The position numbers and the translations under genes are program-made. 64,000 nucleotides of DNA from Fimbriosthenelais zetlandica. Lineage: Eukaryota. Shown one piece after another: positions 50,907 through 60,702 of the stretch. Numbering within the stretch: position 1 is the first letter of the stretch; each line of letters begins with the position of its first letter. The DNA lies in the NCBI GenBank assembly GCA_977030845.1, contig OZ365110.1:27032001-27096000 (forward strand), written 5' to 3'. The notes beneath the pieces are model-generated. The model saw nothing but the letters and a program-made list of their open reading frames with translations. It was not told the origin of the DNA and did no database searches.

Positions 50907-53900
50907 ATACTTCGTGAGTTGAGAGTTAAGAATTTTTTCAATGATCTTACCAGGAATTGGAAGAATATGTCCGCCTCAATGCAGCGGAAAAAATCACGCG
51001 ATTTTCTTTTGGAATGTGGCGATTGTTTAAATACGATATGGAGTGTTTTAATGTGACTGCCATGAAAGGTTAGTATATATATGCTTGTGAATGACTCCAA
51101 TTTACTAATTCACTAAGGTTTTCCTTTAAGAGAAATGGGCCTTGTGGCCTACAGCGGCCATTGTGCTTGTCTGGAGAATGGTAGGGGTATATATGGACAA
51201 CTGTTACAGTGGTTGTAATTTTTTTTTTTTACGTTTTTACTATTTTAGATTTTTAAGCAGTAAGGTATACATCAAAAGTACATTAGTAGTATATCAGCTT
51301 TGGAGGTGTGTAATAGAACGGCTATGGGAGTTTATTCTAAGATTTCTCATGCCATGTATTATGGCCTCATAGCCCCTATAAGTTCCACATATAAAATGCC
51401 CTGCTGGGCTTTTACATTAAGCCCCATCTCATTGCCAGCAGGATAAGGTTCCCTGCAAACATTACCACTTTTGAAATACTACTTCACCACGCCATCCCCA
51501 AAGACATTTTTCTTTATACTACTCACTATGATAAAGCAGGCCTATTCCTTACCATGCTCGCTCTCTCTGTCTTAGAAATAAAAGCCTTGAAGATGGCCAT
51601 AGATTTTCTCTGCCAACTCCCTAACGTGCGATAAATGGGGATCAGCATTTTTCTTGTTAATGCTGTCACAAGGGGGTGATAGAAGTCAAGTACAGGATGG
51701 TTGTCACTGCTGGGCCGGGGCGCAGGATGCTAACAGAAGACAGCTTTGGCGCGTGTGGTCTATGAATGTGAGCGGCTCATATATTGCCATTACAGCGTCC
51801 AAATAGCAGCGGGGTGCTGGTAGGTGCCCCTCACTGCTCTGTCAAATAGGTACAAAGAGTGGTCTACTGGTGGCCCCTGACCAGCCATGATTATGCCTTC
51901 GTTCCTGGTGTTAAAACTGGGGGTCTATCTCCACTACGCATCAGTTTGTTTCCATTTTTCTTTCGCAGAACAAACCTCTCTGGGAGTTGAGGATGATCTG
52001 AGTGACAGTTAATTTAAGGAAGGCCATATATTTAACGCTCTGCCTTTTCCCCAGCAGAGACTGCTATCTAAGCCAATATGTAGCATGTACTCAACACAAC
52101 AATATATTATTTTCACGTTTTTAAATATTTTGGTTTGAGATCTGAACTGAATTATTAATAAAACGCACGAAGTTACCATGTGTTTAATTATAGGCCTACT
52201 TATTTCTGGGGATTAGCTTTTTCGGGATTTTATCGGGACTCGACTTGTTTTCCATCTTCTCAATGTGAATTATACAGGAAGGCTTTCTGTCATTGTGGAT
52301 TTAATGGCCATGAAGAAGAATTTAAGCGTCATTACGCTTACAGAGCAAATCCCTTTTACCAGTAATCACTTTTCATTGCCAGGTTTGGCATTTCGCCCAG
52401 GCACTTACTGCATCGGACAAAGACAAGACAACGCCTTTGATTTGTCACACTGTTCTCATTGTATTTTAATTGTTACAAATAGTTGGGAGGAATTTGATTC
52501 AAGTTTATCACCTTTGAAATTGTTGATCTGTGGAAACTTTTTTAATGGAAGAATGATGTCCTGCAGTGTTGTTACATGATGGAACTACTTGAGGGGGGAT
52601 TCTGTATTTATAAATGCCTTGCTAACAATGAATGTCCATTTTAAGCGTTGCTGCTGGGTGTGTTTGCGTGCAGATATGGGGTACCACTGTAAAGTGAGCC
52701 ACTTAGCTCTGTCCCCTCGTCCTTTCCAGCAATTTGCCCACTCGACCTGGTCATCTTGTACGATCCCCTTCTTTAATATATTTATCCTTTCATTGTCCTT
52801 CAAAAATGGGACCTTCCCTCCCATCTCTGTGAAGATTGATGTCAATCTATTATTCAAAAACCTTGATTTATCGCCCGTTTGTTTATTAAACAGGCAGGCA
52901 TGGCGGTGGTTTGTTGGTTGGCACTTTATCATGGGGAGCGGGCATGCGTCCGCATCAGGTTCAGGTATTCACTCACCATTGGACCTTTTTCAACCCACCA
53001 AGGCTGATGAATGGCACTAAATCTTGCCCCAGAGGTCACCGGTCAGGCCTGCACTACTTTCACGCTACAACAGCGCCCATACTTCCGGTTAAGGTTGTCA
53101 TTTGCGCTGTGTGACGGTCACACTCTCCAGCCTCCATATCCCTCCGCCTCCGACTTAGAAACAACCTCTGTCCATGAAACCGTTATTCCATTCAGAAGCA
53201 GCCCCATCATATCTTTCAATAGGGGTTCTATTTTGCCTATTACCGTATATTTTTGGCGGCCCATAACTATTATATACTGACAAATTTAAATGTGTTAATT
53301 TCATATATGATTAGGAGAAAAAATGATGAAAATAGTGCACTTCAAAAATTAATGAAACAGAAACTGACGTCAACTCCACGCTGTTCTCCCGGCCATCTTG
53401 AATGAACTGTGTGTGAAGTGAATGGAGAGAGAGAGAGGGAGGGAGTTGTAGGGAGTTTCTCTATGGAAATGACCTGACTTAACTCGGGTTGGGCCAAAAA
53501 ATAAGACAGCTTAAGCTGAGCTCTGCCCAGGATAGATCCAACCACTCCCGTAGGGGAACTACCGCCTATCCTGCTTTCCATATACAATCCGATCATAAGA
53601 CCATCAGCAGGACGGGGCTCTAAGCGATTATATATAGTCATTTCGAAGGTGATTTCAGTGGAATACCTTCGTCAAAACAAACAATTTCAATAGAAACATT
53701 TCGGCAATTGTTTTTTTTGCCACAGGCCCGTGGGGAAATGTAGGAGATGGAGGTCAAGGAATGACCCTTAAAAGAAGTGCATTACACGCAACGTTTTTTG
53801 CCCGTTGTTTTTTTCTGGCTCGTATGATTGGAGTATTATTGAAGGAAATGGAGGTTCTTCTTTAATTCATATTGGACAGATACCAGAAGTATCATGGAAG

Positions 53901-54299
53901 TATCAAATGGCATTGCGTGCATGCAATGTGATATCCATTCGGGGTCAGACAAGTTAACATGGTCATCAACCATGCATACGTGACTCTTTAAGTACATATT
54001 ATAACTTTAAAATATTTGGATCCATGCTTGAAAATGAATGCCAAATCCAGATGTCAGTTTTCATGTGATAAAGGGAACCTTGCCAAGTTAATTAACACAT
54101 CTCTCTGACCCTGACTATTGCAATTAGGTTCCCATGCATCTGCCAGACGTGCCGTACACAGCTGTGGCAGCAATGCAATAATTTGAGCGAATAATCAGGA
54201 GGAGTGCCTGGTGAGTTGAGTCCAACAAGTATGCTTATCTTTTTCAGGGACTTCAGTGATAATTATCATTAGGACGCAATAAGCACTGCGGAACATGGG

Positions 54300-54562
54300 C
54301 AATGGATGGTTGGCAGGTTTTAAGGGGAAGAAGGAAAGCGGGAGAGAGTCAGTGGGGAAGGCAGTAGGAGGGGTAATCAATAAGAGGAAGTACATGAGAA
54401 TTGGAAAAGAATCAAATCGAGCAGAATGGGGATGTATATACGGAAGGGAAGCGATCTATGATGTAGAGGAAGTTTCCAGAAGTAGAAGGAGTAAGAGCAG
54501 AAGGAAACAAAGATGGGGAGGGGGGGGGGGGGCGAAGAGAAGGACAAAAGCAGCAGAAGGAA
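54300..54562 (+). repeat. GA-rich polypurine tract including a G13 run (54520-54532)
   Basis: Purine-dominated stretch. Boundaries approximate. Confidence 0.65.
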
Positions 54563-55390
54563 AAGTTTGAGGGGGTAGAAGTAGGCCATTTTCACACCAG
54601 CTGCACACCTCAGCCCCACCAGCTTATCAGCTGCTGGCTTGTGAGGTGCGAAACCAAGGAATGATTACTCCATCACGAGTGACAAACCCAAACTGACAGC
54701 TGCTAATTGCCCTCATTTCTCCCTCCAGGCCTTCAGTTTCCTTCCAACTCTCAACCAACCTCTTTCTCAAACTACTACCGAGTTTTTTGTAACTACTTCT
54801 GTGAAACTACTGTGAAAGATCCGAATGGTCGATTTCTGTACATGTATGTAAGATACATGGCATTCAAACTTCTCACTATACATTCAGAAACAATGTTATT
54901 TTCCACTCGATGAATTATCACATTCTCATTACATGTACTACACTTGCATCGAGATAATTTAAAATCAACTCCAATCTAATATAATATGATGTATTGCATT
55001 TATTGATGTTTTCCTCCTGATGGGTTGCTGTCAATATTAATCATTTTTCATCTATTTTTATAGACACAGAGAATGTTTATTACTGATTAATATATTCCAT
55101 CTATCAGGAATTATTCATACCTCTATATCAGAACCATCAATTGACTCATCCATTGAATGTGGATGAAAATGGGATTAATGCATTTGGAATTCTTGGCCTT
55201 CATATAAATCATTATAAGTATGTTAGCTCCTTTCCCTATCGAGCGTTTATTACCATTTAGGACCATTGCAATAAGCTAACAGATATTCCTCTAATGCATA
55301 TCCTGCAAATGAAAATTCGCGTAATTGGATCTTGGGAACTCGTATAGGCTATTTATACTTGTCTTATTTCTCTCCTAATATTCTTGTTAG

Positions 55391-55494
55391 CTCAAATGTT
55401 CTGTATGTTTAACTTTATTTTTGTTATGTCTGTTTTTGTGACAAAATATTTTTTACTATAATATATCTTTATAATTTCTTTTCCAGGTGAGTGA
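55391..55494 (+). other. candidate recursive splice site RS3
   Basis: AG-free 55391-55484, T-rich tract ending ATAATTTCTTTTC, CAG (55484-55486) + GTGAGTGA (55487-55494). Branch point less obvious than at RS1/RS2. Confidence 0.75.
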
Positions 55495-56362
55495 TTTGCC
55501 GCTTATGTTATATACACACGAGAAATGTGATAAGTACAATTTAAACTAAACTTTCCCAGCTTCAGCGAAAATAATAAGAATGTTAGTAGGCTGCATCTCG
55601 TGAATCATGAAGCAAATAGTTGTCAGGAATGCAATGTTAGATTTGACAAACGATCTGAAATGACTGCTTATTTCCCTGTAAAATGTGTCAGTCAATATCT
55701 GAAGAGTAGTTGTTGGCCAGTAGTTGGAATTCACTGGGCAAACTAGCTGGGGTTTCAACCCATAGCCAACCCATGTTTAGGACCACCTTACCAGGGTTCA
55801 ATACCCCTGGGTAATGAGGGTTGCTTTCCACTTCCATATCCCTGGACATGTGATAGGGTCAAATATGTGACCTCATTCCAGATTTGACCTCAGCGGGGGC
55901 TTTTTCTGGGCATGGGTTAGGGGAGGGTGCTGAAAGGTAGGGAGAGGAACCCCACTGGTAATACCGAGATTCAGCGGATGAAAAGTAGGCCCAAATATTA
56001 CATACATTGTCCATTATTAAAGGATTTGCTGATGATCATAAAGATGGATTAAAATATTGGAGAAATACATTTGTTGATGCCTGGAATCATAAAGTCATTG
56101 ACAACTTTCTTAAAATTCAAATAAATGGCAAATAAACATGGTCTGAAAGTTCCTAAAGAGACATGATCCATATTCTACACCCACCCGTCCCTCACCCCCA
56201 CAATTCTCATTCGCCTTTCCTTTCTCAATCAGTGGCTTTAACCCTGGCCCTTGCCTGCCCCCAAATCCTCAACTTCCAACCCCGCAGTCCCACTGACCCC
56301 CACACTGGCGCGTGTAGCTCCTCAATTTTCAGCGGGTGGGCCTTCAGCGAGCACTTGTGAGC

Positions 56363-56379
56363 AGGTCAGAGCGGGGTCA
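56363..56379 (+). promoter_or_regulatory. nuclear-receptor DR5 (RARE-type) element
   Basis: AGGTCA-gagcg-GGGTCA, a perfect RGKTCA-N5-RGKTCA. Confidence 0.35.
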
Positions 56380-57579
56380 GCTCATGGCTGACACCTCATT
56401 GATTAAGTGACATGACACGAACAGAATCCCATTAATTCCCCTTTCATGAAGATTTCGGCCACGGGCAGTCCGTCTTACCTCCGCTAATGGCCATCGTTGT
56501 GGCCAAGGCGAGACTTTTTTTAAACGACCAGCGAGCGTTCTGGTGGTTTGTCCCGTGATGTTTTGTGTAATTAGAAGCAGCAGAAGTGTTACCTCGAATC
56601 TGGGGTCCACAATCGGACACAAATTAATGCTTTCAAAAATGATAAAGGAGAATGAGTTGGTTTTTGTTGATTAATCCTTCAAGCCGAGTCAATTATAGGC
56701 CTACATAGATATGGCACATCCCTGGAAGAACAAAGGAGATAATCTAATCATTTGAATTTAGGTAAATTATTAATATGATTAAATTGCCATGGAAATTTCA
56801 ATGGCAGCAATGCAGGCCGACATGAAAGTTGAAATTGAACAAATCAGATTATATTTCAGCCAGAAGAATGGTAGGAAAAACACTAAAGATCCCAATAGGA
56901 TCTTGCCAATAAACATGTCCTTATGTGAGGAATTTGCTGAGGCAATACTCTGATAAACCTGATCAAACATCATTATCATCTAACATCACCTTCTGCATGA
57001 GACTGAGACCTTCAAACACTAGCCATGCCCTGAACATGTCCTTGACAAATGAGTCAGGAGTGTGTTGTATTTCCATACCTAATCCTCCAGTCACGATAGG
57101 CCATTCTCTCCGGGCTAATGCCAAGCACGTCTATTCTAGCCATGTGCTCAGGAATAAGTTGAGGGGACAAAGGCTGGGTGGATGCAGGCAAGGTCATCCC
57201 CAGCCCGGGTCATTCATCCACAGGACTCTCATATAAGACGTGCCTTCTATTCTTTTCTGGTTCCCTCTTGGTTACTTTTCATCGAATCATTTCTTAAAAT
57301 ACTTGTTCCTCCACTATAATATGTGATAGAAGAATTCCTCAACCATTTGCTTTATTATAGATTTTCACTAAAGTTTGGTTGAAAATCGAGAATTTAGAAT
57401 TTAAAAATGGCTGCAATTATGGCCTACTAAAAGTTAAAAACAATGTCATGCTGACTGTTTTTCTACTTTTTATGATTATTAATTAAGTAATGCATATCAA
57501 AGATAAAATATAGGTTACCTTTCCATCGGTACAAGGATGAAATATTACATTTTAGACTGCGTGCTGTTATTTTTGATTG

Positions 57580-57844
57580 CGGGATTCCTGTTTCGGCCAC
57601 GTTTCATGAGAACGGACCATTTATGTAAAACTAGGAGCTGGTTAACTTCATCCAGCCGCTCGCCTCCATATTGAACTGAATCAGCAGGACGTGATTAGAG
57701 TCAATTTGAGCTGAGCCCCCTCTCCTCTCACATGCTCATTTTAGGAGGAGCGAAAAAACGAAAATATTTTACGAGCTGCCATTTAATTGATTAGGTAGGA
57801 TCATGTAAATGGCTGACAAACTGATATGGCAGATCAAATATTTG
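57580..57844. repeat. duplicated segment A, copy 1 (265 bp)
   Basis: Identical by eye to 59539-59803. Confidence 0.95.
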
Positions 57845-58639
57845 AATGCCCTGAGTGATTGGGAGGGAGTCTGGTTTTAAACCCATTGCAGTGAAGTGTC
57901 CATAGCGTCCCGTTTTGTCCAGACTTTTTATATTTAATCTATTAGAACTCCATTCCGTAAAACAAAATGTATGCACGTGGATACAGTTTTTTCATCCTCC
58001 CAGGCTTTAAAAATGTAGGAAATGAAGTACCTCAGATATGCCGGAGGCAAAAGCAAATATTTTTGACAATTCCTTTTCTTTATTTTCATTTCATTATCAC
58101 CATAATGTATACGGCAAAAAGAAGTAAGAAAATTTATAGAAAGATGTTACGGGTATTATATATATCTGCTTCTAGCAAAGGTTTCCTTACACAGGTATAA
58201 TATACAATCAGACTTTGCACCTGTAATTTGCCATTATTATATTACCTGAGATCCAAGAACCTCGTGCTTAACCTACATGTTGTTTTCCTGGACTAGCTCG
58301 GCCATCTGATCTGGTGTCATTTTTAGAATAATGTCCAAGCAATTCAGATAAGTGTTAAGAGGTCATTGGAGAACAGGCGATGATGGGATCCAGTGGCAAA
58401 CAGGTATGATATTTCCAGGGAGTTGCTATACCGTTTGTGCCTCAGAAATGAGATAAAACAGTCTTTATTATCTGATACAGTACTTCCCTTATGGTTTTAT
58501 AATTTTCACTGCAACTTTCAATCGTCTCAATACATATGTGACGGGCCCTCTGATAAACAAAACGTTAATATAAGCACTAGGTTTTTCAACTCATTACTGC
58601 AGACGGTTTTTATTAGTTTACTTGTGTTAATAAGTTATA

Positions 58640-59540
58640 TGTGGTCCAAGTGCTATTGGAAATTCAGGAAGGAGTAATTAGTTGACTCTTATCCTACCAG
58701 ATGGCGATAGGAGCTGAGCTGGTGAGCTGCTCTTTGAGTATCAGGAGCAATCTGATATCACCAACTCTTAGCTAGGATTCACACCATAGTCGCTCTAGGC
58801 TTCCCTCAGGCAAATTGTGCTTAATAAAACCAGTAAATTTATACAGATCTCCCGTAGGCAAATCTCCAAGCAAGACTTAAAAGTATCAGCATAGTCAGGC
58901 AATGTAATGTAATGAGCCCAAGCAGACATGATTGTACGCTATTATGGAATGAAATGTGATGACCATCCATTGCATAATGACATGGCCGTCCGAAAAATTA
59001 TCTAAACTTTATATGATATGTACAGTGTGAATCAGCTTTCCATTTTAATGAATATGATTATTTTTAAATTCTATAAAATATATGTTATTTTCAGTAAAGC
59101 AGCTGTGATGGAAATAAAACCTAGGGATAAATGTAATTTAACTGAAATAAATAGGAACTACCCTTTATTATTGACCTAGCCGATAAAATTACTATTGAAA
59201 CCCATAATTTATAATTCACTCCATCCATGATCATTTTGTTGGTGAATGAAGTAAAAAATGCCTCAGCAGCCTATGAAATCATTGCATGGCTGACTTAAAT
59301 CAATTTGTCTTAGAAATCCTGAGAGCCGAGTAAAGTTTACAAAGTGCACGAGACAATGCTTGTCGGAGTAAATTGGTCATGTAACCTTTAAATAGAGAAG
59401 ACTAATTTCTCCTCGAGCTGCACGGAAGGGGCGGGGAATTTCTCTTAAATAACCATTGAAAGAGTTTTACTAAAAACGGTTTTTTAATTCAACTTTTTTT
59501 CCCTTGAGACTTCCTTTGTACCAAATCGAAGAATAATTCG
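58640..59540. repeat. duplicated segment C, copy 1 (901 bp)
   Basis: Direct repeat of 59802-60702. One mismatch seen (T59483 vs G60645). Confidence 0.95.
58694..58707 (+). promoter_or_regulatory. CTCF-like motif (second copy at 59856-59869)
   Basis: CTACCAGATGGCGA vs core CCASYAGRKGGCRS. Lies in duplicated segment C. Confidence 0.22.
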
Positions 59541-59803
59541 GGATTCCTGTTTCGGCCACGTTTCATGAGAACGGACCATTTATGTAAAACTAGGAGCTGG
59601 TTAACTTCATCCAGCCGCTCGCCTCCATATTGAACTGAATCAGCAGGACGTGATTAGAGTCAATTTGAGCTGAGCCCCCTCTCCTCTCACATGCTCATTT
59701 TAGGAGGAGCGAAAAAACGAAAATATTTTACGAGCTGCCATTTAATTGATTAGGTAGGATCATGTAAATGGCTGACAAACTGATATGGCAGATCAAATAT
59801 TTG
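59539..59803. repeat. duplicated segment A, copy 2 (265 bp)
   Basis: Direct repeat of 57580-57844. Confidence 0.95.
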
Positions 59804-60702
59804 TGGTCCAAGTGCTATTGGAAATTCAGGAAGGAGTAATTAGTTGACTCTTATCCTACCAGATGGCGATAGGAGCTGAGCTGGTGAGCTGCTCTTTGAG
59901 TATCAGGAGCAATCTGATATCACCAACTCTTAGCTAGGATTCACACCATAGTCGCTCTAGGCTTCCCTCAGGCAAATTGTGCTTAATAAAACCAGTAAAT
60001 TTATACAGATCTCCCGTAGGCAAATCTCCAAGCAAGACTTAAAAGTATCAGCATAGTCAGGCAATGTAATGTAATGAGCCCAAGCAGACATGATTGTACG
60101 CTATTATGGAATGAAATGTGATGACCATCCATTGCATAATGACATGGCCGTCCGAAAAATTATCTAAACTTTATATGATATGTACAGTGTGAATCAGCTT
60201 TCCATTTTAATGAATATGATTATTTTTAAATTCTATAAAATATATGTTATTTTCAGTAAAGCAGCTGTGATGGAAATAAAACCTAGGGATAAATGTAATT
60301 TAACTGAAATAAATAGGAACTACCCTTTATTATTGACCTAGCCGATAAAATTACTATTGAAACCCATAATTTATAATTCACTCCATCCATGATCATTTTG
60401 TTGGTGAATGAAGTAAAAAATGCCTCAGCAGCCTATGAAATCATTGCATGGCTGACTTAAATCAATTTGTCTTAGAAATCCTGAGAGCCGAGTAAAGTTT
60501 ACAAAGTGCACGAGACAATGCTTGTCGGAGTAAATTGGTCATGTAACCTTTAAATAGAGAAGACTAATTTCTCCTCGAGCTGCACGGAAGGGGCGGGGAA
60601 TTTCTCTTAAATAACCATTGAAAGAGTTTTACTAAAAACGGTTTGTTAATTCAACTTTTTTTCCCTTGAGACTTCCTTTGTACCAAATCGAAGAATAATT
60701 CG
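59802..60702. repeat. duplicated segment C, copy 2 (901 bp)
   Basis: Direct repeat of 58640-59540. Confidence 0.95.

Larger units (their letters stand above)
49252..50968 (-). mobile_element. 5'-truncated non-LTR retrotransposon (LINE, CR1/L2/Crack/Daphne group)
   Basis: Minus-strand RT ORF, about 390-nt 3' UTR and an A24 tail (T run 49252-49275 on +). RT homology extends upstream of the annotated Met in the same frame (ILPIPGKIIEKILNSQLTKYME) to about 50966 and then stops. Possible 5-bp TSD AATAT at 49248-49252 and 50964-50968. Confidence 0.92.

Noticed and set aside
50786-51100. ORFs overlapping the 5' end of the LINE (104 aa minus, 75 aa plus)
   Set aside because: Alternative frames across the truncation junction; not LINE ORF1 or endonuclease.
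53324-53367. ATGATGA...CTGA resembling a C/D box snoRNA
   Set aside because: The boxes are only about 40 nt apart with no terminal stem.
55785-55820. B-box-like GGTTCAATACC in a small hairpin (tRNA/SINE?)
   Set aside because: No proper A-box or cloverleaf, 8-nt loop, and no second copy in the window.
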